Assembly (NCBI GenBank): GCA_964247055.1
Contig: OZ176053.1
Location: forward strand, 9,858,001-9,922,000
DNA: 64,000 nucleotides
Direction of reading: 5' to 3'
Source of the DNA: Paragordius varius
Taxonomy: Eukaryota > Animalia > Nematomorpha
The notes under the pieces are model-generated. The model saw only the letters and a program-made list of their open reading frames with translations. It searched no databases and was not told the DNA's origin. Made by a program: the position numbers and the translations under genes. Shown one piece after another: positions 1 through 14,050 of the stretch (its first letter is position 1; the number at the start of each line of letters is the position of its first letter).

Positions 1-653
1 GTTATTTCAATGAGTCGCTAAGAAAATTTTTACGCCCTGAAAAATTAGCCGCCATAAAACAATTTTTTAGTTTTGAAGCAATATTTCCAATAGCTTATAA
101 GAACATATGGACATCATAATTCCAGATATTCCCCATATTATAAAAATTTTGCCCGACGCTTTTTTATACCTGCCTCTGCGCCAAAAACTACGCCACTATA
201 TAGAAATTGCGTTAACTTATGCCATTTGAGCTCATTTAAAGTTCGAATTACTACCCGTCACTAGGTAAAAATTAAGGTCAGGCCTTTTTTTATTAGCCGT
301 TATGGGGCCATTATGCCCTAAAAATACGTCATCCTATAACGATTATTTAATGTTGAGGTATTTTTTCTAATAACCCATGAGACGATGGTCTCAAAGATGA
401 TTCCAAATATTTTCCCTATAAAGGCAAAAAATTTAACTTAGCGCTTTTTCCATATAGGCCTATGGGTAGGGGTCTACCGGTTTAAAACTGAGACACCATA
501 CAAAAATGACGTGGCTTTGGAGCTAAATTTCAAAAAACCTAAGAAGCCATACGAGTTTGATAAAGGCTTTAAATATTACCCAAAAAAGGTAAAAATTATA
601 GTACATATTTAGTACAAAAGTCAATAAATATGAATGAAAATGTATTTATTTAC

Positions 654-788
654 CTTTTTGACAATGCCGTTAGATAGCATAGTTTTCGGATCATCATTAT
701 TGGAACATTTAATGTTATCTAGAAATTTTTCTTTAGAATCGGGTTTATTTTCTTGCGATATTGGATAATAGCCATTTTTTATGGACAT
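654..788 (-). CDS. First coding exon of an unidentified gene that continues beyond the left edge of the window
   Basis: ATG at 788 (in-frame TAA shortly upstream), 45 open codons MSIKNGYYPISQENKPDSKEKFLDNIKCSNNDDPKTMLSNGIVKK, ending exactly at a phase-0 donor AAG|gtaaat (653); upstream acceptor-like atatag at ~810. No family motif recognised. Confidence 0.55.
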
Positions 789-3232
789 AATATCAACCAG
801 GGAGTTTTAACTATATATCAATAATTAAAAATGTTATATATGATTGGAATCGGGAAATAAACAATATTGTTCATATTGCAATTTTGCATCATGAATAATA
901 GACACACCCTGTCTCATTTGTTAAAAAACCGATAATTTTATGAGAATAAAGTATATAAGAGAAAAATAACCTGAATATAATTATTAGTTTAATTCTTCGG
1001 TATTAGCAATGTTTTTATGAAATTAAAGAAAAATGAAAAAATGAAAATATAATACAGTAGCTTATATGGTTTTGGCAAGATGTAAGATTTGCTAATGCTT
1101 TAAACTCTTTAAACACATGATTTATAAGTAGCACACTACCGTAAATATGATATGTCGTTGTTTACTTTTTTGAAACACACATTTGATGTCCAACTTTAAT
1201 AATTGTTTATAAACAACAGAAGGAGTTATTTTGTTTAATTTTTTATATACACAAACGAGGAGAAAGTTTTGAGTTGGATTGATTGATCGATTTCAATACA
1301 CAATACACAGATGTTAGTTTAGCAATTCCAATAAAAAGATTAAATTTTATCGATTAACATATAGTAAAAAACTTTTGTAAGGGCAATCACCTTTAAATCA
1401 TGCATTCTGAACCCATATTAGCGTTTATTTATAATTATTGGAGTGTTGTTTTTTAGTATTAATAAAAATTACCCAATTTTTAAAAATCAAATAGAATTTT
1501 TTTACATTACCTAAAAAACTCTTAATCGAAATTCTAACGAGTATCCCGTACCATACCTAAAACCTTGCAATCTCCGCCCACAGTTATAAATATATCACAA
1601 GATGCACTTAGAAAAGTGCACAAACACAATTTTTAATACCTGATAATTCACTATCTTATCTTATCGATTGATTTAAAGTGTATTTGTTTTAATTCAAGAT
1701 AAACTTATGTCGTTTGTGATAGGATTATTTTGGGAAATTAGAAAGAATTTGATACCGTGATTCAATTTACGATGTTGTATAACTCACAAATTTGAGCGTG
1801 TAATAATGATCGAAATTACGTGTAAATTATTTAAAAGATAATTTAAAGCAAACAACCTGGATATGTTGTATAAAATAAAAGGATTACCCAAAAGTGAATT
1901 TGTAGTTAGACCACGCTCAGAACTGAGAATTTTGGGAATCAAAGGACGTAACTACTCTAAAATCAGTAATAGTTTGCTTAGTATAACAGTATGGGTAAAT
2001 CTACACTGTTTAGTATTCAGATGTTGGCAGATAACATATACAGTAAAGAGAATTATTATGGGCTAATAGCAAGAAAAAGTGAAAAAATAACGCGATATTT
2101 CTCTTTGTACTGTATGCTGTCTGGCAACATTTGATGAAGCAAGCTATGCATTTTTATTCGTACTGTAGGAAGAATAATAGTAATTAATTTAGCCTTTTGA
2201 AAACTGTTTTTCTTTACAAAAATATGTACCCCTCACCTCAATATTTATTGTCATTGATGCAGGAATGTTGTAATCGAATATTAGTTTTTATTTCTGCAAA
2301 ATTTAGAATAAATTCGAGCTTGAAATATTATATAAATTTAAAATTAATATCATACTTATAATTAATTTTCGAAACCAAGGGTGTCCAACATGCGGCCCTC
2401 CAAATATTTTTTACTGCCGGAGAAAAATTTGAAAAAAAAAAACAAATACCAATATTTTTTAATTTAGAAAGATATATACGTAAAATTATTATCATTTAAT
2501 ATAAAATATTATTTTTATATAGAAATTTATTCAGAATCTTTCGCTTAACACCATTAATTGTTTGGGTAAGGGCTATTTTATATATATACCACATATCACC
2601 TTAATTCTTCACTGTAACCCGTCGATTTTTTGAACTAAAAATGCGTTCCGCTAAGCGACCCCCCTGTTCAAGTCCAATAATTTTATTAATAGATTGTGGA
2701 TATAAATAATTGGCATTAAATTGTCTCTTATATTTTTACATAGAATGGAAAATTAAATTAACTAATGAATATTTTTGTAATAAATATAGGTCCTTTTTAC
2801 CATTAAGAGAAATTGGTATATGCATAGTAACAAATTGCGCATAATTAAATGGTATTCATATAATATACATACCATAGGATTATATCAGTTGAGTTTAAAC
2901 TTATTGCTTAAAAAGCGGCAACAAAATAGCCGAGTATCGTCAGTGTCACGCGTGAGCAAAAATATTCTATGCGATTAATTATCATGTTTATATTTTTGTG
3001 CAGATATTGGACAAATAAAAGTGAATATCTCCTGTAATATTACCCAATACTTATAGAAAAAATTGCCTACTTAATAATAATTATAACAATTTTTTCGGAT
3101 GTACTCCTGCAATTTATCGGTCGATGTAGTACGTAGCTCACTGAGGAAAAGTAAAAGCATTTATTATATATTACTATACATTAAAAGGTCTATTTAATTA
3201 ATAAACAATTACACAAAATGAAATAAAGGTAG

Positions 3233-6200
3233 TTAATCGTTAGAATTTTTCTTCGTACTTTCAAGAGCAAAGGGTGGGATCTTACATTCAAATGTATAAC
3301 CGTCTTGCCGTTCCATTTTAAAGGTTCCCCTGTGCAGAACAAATTTACAATTTGTCATATAAATATATATAAAGTTGACCAGGATTCTAAGAAAAGAGCA
3401 TGGCTCATTCGCAACGTTACGCTTGCTTAAAAAATTAAAATATGATTGATTGTATTTGATAATACTTAATATTTTATAAGAATATTAAAAAATTAAAATA
3501 AACCGATTTTAATTTTATTGTTTTCGCCCATTTAGAGAGCTTCAAAATACCTATAATAATAATTAAGTGGGAAGATAAACGATTATAAAGAGTCTTTATA
3601 TAAAATCAAAAGAGTTTAAGAGAATCAGTTGTATCTATTTACTTATATACCATATTTAAAATAAAAATAAACTGCATTTAAATTTTTACCCCCATACAAT
3701 ATTTAATTTTTAAATAAGACTTTACTTATTACTACAAACAATAGTTTGTATGCACCAAATAGGATAGATGCTTGTCGTTTCAAATTCAATTTTTTACAAA
3801 CCCAATAAAAAATTATGGCTATAAATTTTTAATTTTTGGAGAAAATAATAAAAAAAAGAACACAAGAAATCAAACAATTAATAAAAATAATCAGAGGCGC
3901 TAGACATATAAGATAGTAAGCCGTTTGACATGTAACAAATTAAAGTGTTGACAACGCAAAAATATGGGTATAAGGTTCTTCAGCAGTTTTTAATCTGCTT
4001 GAGTCTTTAATAGTTTAATTTAATAATTAAAAGATATTAACGTTATAAAATGAGCGATTATTGTTTAATTAATTTAAAAGGGCCTTTATACTAATAAATT
4101 TATTTTAATAGCAAAAAGCATTGCATAAAAGAAACATAGCTAAGAGTCTCTATAAATTTTATTTAGTAATTTAAACGATCAATCATTAAATAAATTTACA
4201 CTTTGTTAAAACAATACATGTATAATTCATACCACATGTGTCCACTAGGGCATTGCAACGAAACATGACTGCTGTATTGAAAAACCGGATTTTCCTTGTT
4301 CAACAAAGGTTCCTAATTTATTTATAAAAAATTACATAGACCAACCAGGAAATCAAATTAAAACAAGCCTCTTTTTGCGAAGATATGGCCGCACAAAAAA
4401 GAAAAAGAGCAGGTTTTAAAAAAATATTTTTATTATGATAAAAGGTGTTTTTAACATTCAACTTGTGTTGATAAAATCAAAAGAATATACTTTTAACCAA
4501 TTTATACGCAATTATCATTCCATAAAAAAGGAAAAAAAAAGCATTTGAATACAAAAGAGGTAAAAAATGGTTCAATTAATCCGTATTAAAAAGAGTTTTG
4601 ACTATAATATTTTCGTAAATTATGAGTTAAATAAAAACTTGTCCTACGACACCCCTTCCCCTCACAGTTTCAAGCGTACCCGCCAAACTAAAGATTCGCC
4701 AATGACGTTCTCGCAATTGGACCGCCAGTTGATTAGGACAAGTATTTTCAAGTCTTATTGAATATCTCCACTACAGACAAAAAATGATACATTTATCGAG
4801 AAACTGTCAAAATTTTGTCTTTTAAATTTATTAATTGTTTTGTGATACACATTCAAAAGAAAATAAAAAAAACATTTTTTATATTAATGTAATTAAATTC
4901 GTTTAAGAGTATTGGTAAAAAAATATATATTAAAAATATGCAACTTACCCAGTAAATTGGTATCCCGTTTGAATCCTAATTACAAATAATCGCAAAAAAT
5001 ATACACATTCTAATTACTTATTTCCAAACATTTGTAAAATAACTGTTATTTGATTTAGTTAATATTTACAATTATAAACGAGATTGATTACTAATAAACA
5101 TTTAACAAATATAGGTAAAAGATAAGCAAACAGATATCAAATATTTTTTTATATGATAGAATGCAAAAATAGTCATATATTTACCCGACAACCCATATAA
5201 AAGGGTATAACTGTTACGCGAATGCCTTCAGTCGTTTCCTTGTGTACTTCCGATAATTGCAACCAAGAAAAATTTTTTTCTTGCCAAATACGTAAGGTTT
5301 CTTTCGGTTTAAAACGTGGTGCTTAAAATCATTAAAATATTTTATATACTCAAATTATAAGATATTACGTAGAAAATATGCACGATTAATGAAATTTGAT
5401 TTGAACTATAAAGTAAAGGTGTTTTGGAAAAATGCTGGGCATAAAAATTATGTTTAAAAGGTAGAATTCAAATTCTTTGAACTTTTAGATTGTGATTAAT
5501 TAATTTTTAAAAAATTAAATTGTTTAGAATAGTTTTTAAAAGTATATGCCTGCTACTTTTATCGGGATCATGGTGTATGAATCGATTAAAAAGTTCATGA
5601 TAAAATGGATATTCCTCTGTGGTTGTGTAGGGTAAAATATCGTCATGGGAAGCATAATCCAAACCTTTAAAAAGAAAAAATGAATTTGTAAAGACTCAAA
5701 AATCTCATATATAGGGCCAGATTTTTTACCGGTAAAATTAATTGACTGGACTGACTGCTTCATGATAGAATTGGATAAAATATATGTTATAAAAGGTATT
5801 ATAAAAATTGATAAAATTTTTACTTTAAATCTTTGGGCCATTATTTTATATCATGTGAATATTCTTAACAAAGCTGTTCTTCGAAATTTTTGTTTTCCAA
5901 TTCAAAAGCTGATTCAGTATTATATATGACGACCTTACTCAGGTCAAATTGAAAATAGGAGATGTGAAAATAGAAACAATTGGAAAACTTTAGCTACCCA
6001 CAATTTTGAAGATCAACAGCTTTGATGACAATATTCACATTATATAAAATATAAAGACGTGGAATTTGTAAAGATTTTAACTGGGATTTATAGTTAGGGT
6101 CATAAATGATTTCATAACCGGTTAAATCCAATTCTAATCTTACATCATTAAGTTGAATTAATTATCGTTACTATAAATATATTTTAGTATATTTAACAGT

Positions 6201-8833
6201 AATATAGCGGTATTTTAAAAACTCAGTCAACAATATATACAGATATATAAGCGACCCTAAATGTGACTTATATGATTACATAGGCGTTATATATAAAAAC
6301 TAACGTTTCAATTTTTCGAAACCAAGTAAAATAAATTTAAACTATTATATGGCAAACATATGTTAAATGGTATTTTCAAAGAATGTTTTAAAGTTTTTAA
6401 TTTAATATGCGAAACATTAATTAGTCCAATATTGTGGGATATAAACAATATAATTGTATGATTAATACCAAGTTCAATTTATAACAAAAAATAATAATGG
6501 AATATTAAACTACTTTTTTTCAAATTATTTTTAGGCGGTAAACTATTTTCTGTTTTTGAGTATTTTTTTGCTTGAACGTTTGTTTGTCTTGTTAGTATAT
6601 AAGCGCTTTTATACATATATTTATAAATTAATAAATTTTGTATAATAATTTTAAATATTGCTTTTGTAATTAAATATTTTGATTTATGCCAAAAACAATG
6701 GTTATTGCCATCTTATGTTTTAAATAAAAAATATTTGACTCTTTAGTATTTTCCTCATTAATTTTCAATAATATATATATCTCGTTGACAACATAATTAT
6801 TAAATTAAATGATTAAAAAACGGTAATTTTGCATAAAAGTTACCAGGTAAGGCATATAATGAGGCCCTTGTGTGTTGATGGCCACCCAAAAAAGTAACGG
6901 ATTCAGATTGATGCGTCTATAAAACATAAAAATAATTGATCTTACAAAAATTTTTGACAGATATATATATATATATATAATATGCAGAGCTCAAAAATTG
7001 AAAATTATTTTAGGGAAGTATATTTTTATTATATAAATATGATTTTGATATGTGCCGCAAAATAAGTTTTTATATTTGTGGTAAAAAATACATATAACCT
7101 TATCTTCGATCCAAATCTAACTATAATGATTATTGGTTGTTTTCATATAATTTTTTAATACCAATACCATTAATTAATGGTTGTAAAAAAATTTGCTTAT
7201 TTTTTTCAAAATAAAAAAAAATATTTTGGCATATAATATACCCATTTTAAAAATATTAAAATTATTATCATCCCAATTAGTGATTATATAGTGATTGGAA
7301 TTATCTTCTATATTATTTATTAATTCTGTATGCAATTTTTTGGAAATAACCAATTAAAAAGAATAAATAGTTATTATTTTGTACCATATGATGAAAGATT
7401 CCGTTATAAAATATTTTTATTAAGAAAAAATAATATATATTTTAACTAATAATTTGTCCAAAAATTAATATTATTTACTAAAAATGGAGAATCCCTAGAA
7501 TCTATCAGGACTTGGTAATAAGTTTGATTATAACATTTAACAGTTTTATCCATGGCGGAAGTTGATATTGAATTGGGGATATCAATTTTTTCTTGCACCA
7601 CTTTTTGGGCAACTTTGTATGTTATATTATCGATTGTTTCCTCCGTATTTTTGGTATCAGTCTCGTTTGATTTTGTCGTCCGCATATTGATAGGAACGGA
7701 ATCAATTGTGTCTGATATATCTGTCATTTGAATTTGAGAAACGGAAGTCCTAATAAGATAGTATATATATCATTTAATCCCCATTTTTTCAACTAAAGAA
7801 AACATTTTTGTTAACCAAACGCAAGTTGCGTTGGGATGAAAAAATAATAAGTATAGTTAAAAAAGTTGCGCCTGGTTTAAATATCGCTTTTGACCGAATG
7901 GTATGAATATATCGTAATATGTCAATTTAAAGTGTGTTTTGTCCAAATTTATTGTATGTTTTAAAAACCAAAAATATATGTAAAAATCAGCAAATAGTTA
8001 AGGTGACATAGCATCTAGTGAATAACACCCAAAGAGAATCATTTAAAGACCTTTTCATTTATATTTTAGTATATTTAAATAATTAAATAAGAGGCTATCG
8101 AAAAACAGGTCTCAATATCAATAATTAAATATTAATACAAAATTTAATATGGACATATTAATTTTTGCAATAAAATAAAATAATCATACTTAACATTTTT
8201 AGTTTGTTTCAAAAGCCCTAATTTTGGTTATAAGAGTGATTGTTTCAAGAAAAATTTATCCACCATTTATATATATGTATTTAATGTTGGGTGTGTTTCT
8301 TGTAAATGAATTACAAATTGAAAATCCAACCATACCGTTACACTTCGATTGTATTGTATCATTTAAGAATACACTAAATTTTATGAGGCACAACGTATTA
8401 TTATAAGTAGGAAATGGTAATTCCGCTACAAAAAAAAATTGTATCTCTTAATTGAGATTTGTATCTCGATGCAAATTATAAACAAGTCATAACATTAAAA
8501 ATATTTAACATCAATAAAAAGGCCAAATATTTGTTAATATATATTGTATAATTATTTAATAAACTTACGATGATATTGAAGCATCTCTATCAAAAATTTT
8601 AGCCTGCCATGGAAACAGTACAACGCCTCGGTAACCAAATGTACGATGTAAAAATAACTATATAAACTAAAAAATGTACTTGTCCAATCTCATAGTTACC
8701 TTGTTGTTTTGGCTGTTCTAAAATTCCGACTTCCGCTAGCCTAATATTAAAATTGTATTCACTTGTGAGTATATCTAAGTAAGGTAAGCTTAGCGCAAAC
8801 AGGTCGTAAAAATCTAAGCGTGAATATTACCAT
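3233..8833 (-). CDS. POLDIP2: Polymerase delta-interacting protein 2 (YccV-like + ApaG/DUF525 domains), 11 exons, ~381 aa
   Basis: Exons 8833-8763, 8740-8680, 8657-8569, 7749-7479, 6916-6844, 5664-5557, 5321-5185, 4975-4949, 4770-4639, 4312-4233, 3329-3233; all GT-AG and phase-consistent (1146 nt). Translation contains GQLFLHRTFGYRGVVLFPW, QTYYQVLIDSRD, GLDYASHDDILPY, WLQLSEVHKETTEGIRVTVIPFYMG, QLRERHWRIFSLAGTLETVRGRGVVGQEP, FQYSSHVSLQCPSGHMWGTF, CKIPPFALES, which I recognise as POLDIP2 motifs. Confidence 0.95.
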
Positions 8834-9420
8834 GCCTTTGATTATACCATATGATAAAATATGTAGGACCGAAAAAATTGCAAAATGAACATTAAAAATA
8901 GATTTTGATGAAATATTATGCTCAAATCAGTATTTTCATGGTTTCTTTAATTTAGCTCACGAGTCATATTGAACAATAAACTTAAGTCTTAAATATATAT
9001 CAAAAAGAATGCATTACAATTGTTTACTTTTCACCTTTTGGGGTAGTTTTTTATCAAATCATTTAAATTTTGAATTAAATGTATGTTAGGAAACGAATTT
9101 TAAAATATACTTTCTATAATCTTTTAGGGAAATTAGACAATAATTTAAAAAATGTTAATGCCGCCATTTTATTCTAATTTTTAAAATCGTTATTAGAGCA
9201 GGCAAAAATGTATATTATTATTGAAAAATTTAAATAATTAACTTTAAGAAGCTTTCAGGCTCCACTCTGTCCCAATATCAGACTCTAGAAGTAAAACTGT
9301 AAAAAATATAGGCTTTTCTATATAATCCATGAGAACTATTGATAATTCAATTTTAACTAAATAACTTTAATAGCTCTATTTATTTACAAAATTAAGCTAA
9401 CATAAAACTACTCCAAAAGG

Positions 9421-10500
9421 TACACTAGGACAAAGTGAATCAATAAATTAAATTGTGGGATAAAAAATAACCTGATAAAATATATATGTGTTTGGTTTTG
9501 ACCTTTACGAGTGATATTAGAAAGTTATTTATACTTTGGTAGATCATAACAAAATTTGCGCACATTTTTAAATGAAATTTTTTTGGTGAAAACTGATCCA
9601 AATAATATTAAAAAAATATAACATAAATACCATAAAAAACAAAACTTTCTAAAAAATATAATTCTCAGATGTGGGTTCCGAATGTCCCAAATTTTTCTCT
9701 TCTAAAATGGGCTAGGTTTTTTTGAATAAATCCAAAAATACCCGATTTACGTTGTAAAAATTTTAACACTTGGATACAACACACTCATTTTAGTCCTTCG
9801 ATTCAAATTGGGGTAGTTGGATACCCCAGGCCTGTTTAAAATCAAATACTTTAAAAAGTATGGAAGGAATTGAAACCATGGCAAAATTTTGCACTTATAT
9901 AACATAAATAAACCTAAATATATAAAAAAAATTATTCAAAAATATTTGATATTAAATATTATAAGCTAAAACCGAAAGGTAAAAATTTCGTCAATGTGAC
10001 ATGTGTGAAATGGTAAAATTGAATAATACAAAATAAACCGCTTTTTTTATTTCTATCAATGTTAGATGTAATTTATATTAAAATTTAGCTTTAGTTTTAC
10101 CCTTAAAATTAGATGAAGACGATATTTTGCAAAAATTTTTAAAATAAAAATGGCGTCGAAGTAGTTTGAGATGGAACTTTTTTTTCAAAACAAAATTTTT
10201 TCAAGATATTTTGGCATATTTATACAATTTTTATCAGGATAGAAGCATAAATTTAAATTGGGACCGTTTCCTTCAGTAGTTTTTTAAAACTAACTTAAAT
10301 TTAGTCTGGGGTATTTAGATACCCCAATTTGAATCGAAGTGTTAAATATGGTAAATAATTTGATATCAAAAACAAATATTTTTGAAAAATGCACACTTAT
10401 TACAAAAATTCAACTTGTAGAACGTGCTATTTTGAGGCATGATAGAACGGTATAAAAAAGCTTAAATAATATAAAAAACATTTTTATATATTGTAATGAT
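9421..10500 (+). mobile_element. Non-autonomous Tc1/mariner-like repeat (family B), interrupted by a piggyBac-like MITE
   Basis: Begins TA-CACTAGGACAAA; aligns by eye with ~12480-12730 (+) and with the reverse complement of ~13180-13580, which ends TTTGACCCAGTG-TA. Right boundary approximate. Confidence 0.55.
9763..10345 (+). mobile_element. piggyBac-like MITE (family A), TTAA-flanked, ~575 bp
   Basis: TTAA at 9763-9766 and 10342-10345; terminal inverted repeat CACTTCGATTCAAATTGGGGTA...TACCCCAG (left arm carries a short insert); clearly homologous full-length copy at 52592-53150. Confidence 0.85.
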
Positions 10501-11252
10501 GCTTAACATTTGTATCGTTTTGAAATCTTAATTTACAGATTCGTTTACCCAATTTATTTTAAAAATTTAAAGACGATAAATTTTTTAATTGTAGTTCTAA
10601 GGTGATAGAAATGTTTTGCATCATCGAATTAGAAGATGTTTTAAAAAAAGCGTCTATATACGGTTGCCATCATGCATGAAACTAATATAAAGCACGCTTC
10701 AACGAAATTTTGTTAAAAATTAAATTAAAAAGTATGCATTTTTTAAAAATTATTTTTTAGTTAAAATTAATAAGCATATTTTTATTTTTATCCAGCAAGA
10801 TTAAACAAGTTGCTTATAAAAATAACTTTTTTTCACACATTCGTCAAGAATAATTATTTTGCTTTTGCAGCTCAGAAAACAAATATCCAACCATTAATAT
10901 ACACAAATAAAATTTTACCTATAGAAAATAATTTAAAGAATTATATAACACAATACCTTTTACCTGCTTTAAAATCTGGAAATGTCAGTGGATATATTTC
11001 ACCCAAATTATTTTATAATAAAAGCAAAAAGGTTAATATTTCATGTAATATAATATAAATCAATTGCAGAATATCGGTAAAAAATACTTCTAATTAATAT
11101 GAGATGAAGAAGTTAAGGTTTATCATGGTAACTTCGGTCTTTACGAATGATTAATTACCACTTTTTCCCTAATTGCTCTATTTAGAAAAATGGTTAAATT
11201 CATTATAGTGGTTACTTCATGACCTTTTCATTTTTTTATAATGACATTTTGG

Positions 11253-11480
11253 AACACTTCGATTCAAATTGCGGTATCTAAAAATCTTAGACTATATTAA
11301 GTTGATTATATTCAAAAACGCCTAAAAGAACCAATTAATTTTTATGGCTCTCTACTAATAGAAAAAAATAAATTAAATAAAATTTAGTTTTGAAAAAAAC
11401 TTTTAATTACTTCGACGTTATTTTTATTATTTGGAACATTTTTGCAAATATCGTGTTTCGAACGTTAAAATTAAAGCGAT
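11253..11480 (-). mobile_element. Partial copy of piggyBac-like MITE family A
   Basis: CACTTCGATTCAAATTGCGGTATCTAAAAATCTTAGACT followed by TTACTTCGACGTTATTTTTATT: reverse complement of the right half of 9763-10345. Confidence 0.7.
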
Positions 11481-12479
11481 TTTTTCAATCACATCTTGCA
11501 TTGATATAAACAATATTGTTTATATTGCATAGTTTTTATACTTAGTTAATGTACATATGACATTTGAATTTTACTATAAGGTTTATCCATAAAATAGGTA
11601 ATTAGTTTTTTCAATTGAATCTTTTATTATATTTCGGTGCATAAGTGTTATAAGTGCAAACTTTAATTTTCATTTGTTCCATACATTTATGAATATTTAA
11701 TAAACAGGCATGATGTCCCCAAAGACCCAATTTGGACTGAAAGATACTTATGTGTTAAAGTAGTAAATTAAATTGCTTTAGCTAAAATTAAATAATCAAA
11801 CCTAATTCTCCTGTATCAAATAAAAAATTTTGAATTTTTACCTTCCATATCCCAAATTCAGATAGCTTTAAAAACGATTGAAAAATATTTTAATTTTAAT
11901 GGTCCTAGAATATAAAACATTACCAAAAGGTCAAATTTTTTTGTTTATATCTAAATTCTTTATTTCAATAGATATCATAAATGTCATACACCATAATTAA
12001 AAAGCAAAACAATATATTTAAGACCACATTGTATACATAAAAATAGCGCAATATATATTTTCTGATAGATAAATGTGTCAGAATTCTCATGGTGCTTTTT
12101 TGGGCCCTTAATAAGGAAAGTTAATGCGACTGCTCCATATCAAAAGATGAAATGGCATAATTTCCGCACATTATGCTCTAAATTATTTTTCTATACCAAC
12201 TTCATTACAAAAATTTTTACTAAAATATATCATAAACTATACACTGCGATCGAGTGGTATAAAAAATATCATCAAATATACATATTCTGTAATGCATCAG
12301 TAATCCCTGTAGCCTTTAGTTTTCGGGCTTAAAAATGATATAAGATAGTTATTTGCATTTTTGTGGCGATCGATTTCTCGATATCGTAAAATCGGAATTA
12401 GCGAACACAATGTTGGATTATAAGATCTGAAATGCCTAATTACTTAATATAGTCATTAAAATATACAATATTTAGAAAA

Positions 12480-13580
12480 CAAACCAACCATTTTATTTTA
12501 ATTTTTAGATGTGCGTTCCGGATGGCCCAATTTTTTCCCTTCTAAATAGGTTTCTCTTAAAACCTTCGCGAATTAAATATATGCTAGATTATGGCATCAA
12601 AAAACATATTTTGGAAAAAAGAATTTTATGTTCAAAAATTGAATTTCTAGCAAAACTCTGTTGAAGCTTTCTAAACTATCTTGAGGCATGATGGAAACGT
12701 GCAAAAACACCTAAAGATATTATAAAAACATTTTTTATTTCCAATTATTTTGATTAAAATAATCGTTTGTCTTCAAATTTATGTTAAATATAAATATTTC
12801 TTACAAATATTCACCCAAATTTAAAAGCAAACTAAAATTTTAAATAGGGCGTTTAACACACGGCCCGGGCGTCGCATCAGCTTCTTCGAAATCTACAGTG
12901 CAAGTAATTTCAGATTGAAAATTTTCCAGAATATAATAAATTGTTTTTCTTTAACAAATCTAAATAATATTTTCGCATTTTGGCAAAGAAGCCAAAATAT
13001 TAAACAAGATAGTAGTTTTTATAGTATGTTTGAAACCAAATAAAGTATTTCTCAATGCCGATATATTTTGCGGAGGCGCTCCGTCGAATTATTTGATCGT
13101 AAATTGTGACCCGAGAAACTTGTGTTGGACACTATTGCTTTAAAAATGTTCAGAATCCTCGAATTATTTAAAAATCGTGTTTCTATAATATTTTAGAGCG
13201 TTTTATACCGTTTCCACCATGCTTCCAAATACCATAAAACTCGCCTCACCAATATTTTGCTACAAATAAAATTTTTGAGTAAATGCCCATTTTTTATTGT
13301 TTTAATCCCATATAGCATATATAATTTTTTATTTTTTGCGCTTCCTTAGGGAACTAGCCCATTAATTTGTCACTACTGGAGCCCCATCATTTACATAACA
13401 ATTTTACTTTTCTTATATGTAGTTTTGATATATAGCGATATTTGGACTAATTTTAGCTTTAACCAAAAAAAATTATTTAACATAATATTCGCAAATTTTG
13501 CCATTTTCTGATGTGAGCAAAAATGTAAATAACTCTCATAATCACGCGTTTTTTATACCGCCCTATTTTGACCCAGTGTA
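12480..13580. mobile_element. Two inverted partial copies of repeat family B (Tc1/mariner-like, TA-CACTG terminus)
   Basis: 12500-12730 matches 9660-10470 minus the MITE; 13180-13580 is the inverted arm (AATGGGCTAG and GCATG.TGGAAACGG motifs mirrored around ~12955). Confidence 0.55.
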
Positions 13581-13880
13581 TAGTTTTTGATATTGAAGAA
13601 TATTTTTAAAATGTTTAGCTTTCAAAATTTTTTGATAGATGTTTAGAATAACTTTCACAAATCACTCTTAAGGCTTAAATCTTAAAAACCATGTAATTTT
13701 GGTACATTTATCTGAATATGTATATTTAATATGGATATTTTAATGCCCCCCCCCCCCCCTTGTGTACGATATCTTAAAGATATTATTATTTATCGTTTCC
13801 AAAAGGCATTAAACTTAGATGAGCGCTACTTTTTCACTTTTCTACATTTAAGCCCATAATACTTCCGATACATTTTAATT

Positions 13881-14050
13881 TAAATATATTTTATATGCCG
13901 ATTTCGGCAGCAAAAAATTTGTAAACTCTTGGGTAACATTTGGAAAATTATGATTCATATTGAAATAAATATATTTTATATGCCGATTTCGGCATCAAAA
14001 AATTTGTAAACTCTTGGATAACATTTGGTAGATTCATATTGAAATATATT
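13881..14050. repeat. Tandem duplication, two copies of an ~85-bp unit
   Basis: TAAATATATTTTATATGCCGATTTCGGCAGCAAAAAATTTGTAAACTCTTGG.TAACATTTGG... starts at 13881 and again at 13966. Confidence 0.85.

Noticed and set aside
1863-2170. 67-aa ORF and nearby open stretches, possibly a decayed gag
   Set aside because: No motif I can name and no splice-consistent model.
2533-2555. AATCTTTCGC, resembling U5 snRNA loop I flank
   Set aside because: Not followed by CTTTTAC, the closing stem or an Sm site.
2376-2667. hAT-like MITE (CAAGGGTGTCCAACATGCGGCCC...GCGACCCCCCTG)
   Set aside because: The ends match over only a few bases and there is no second copy or target duplication in the window.
3233-5321. 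ApaG domain as a sign of bacterial horizontal transfer
   Set aside because: It is the normal C-terminal domain of eukaryotic POLDIP2, here split by ordinary spliceosomal introns.
5536-5841. 101-aa minus-strand ORF
   Set aside because: Overlaps POLDIP2 exon 5664-5557 in the wrong frame; no independent support.
13881-14050. Repeat array as a possible CRISPR
   Set aside because: Only two adjacent copies with no spacers, no cas genes, eukaryotic context.
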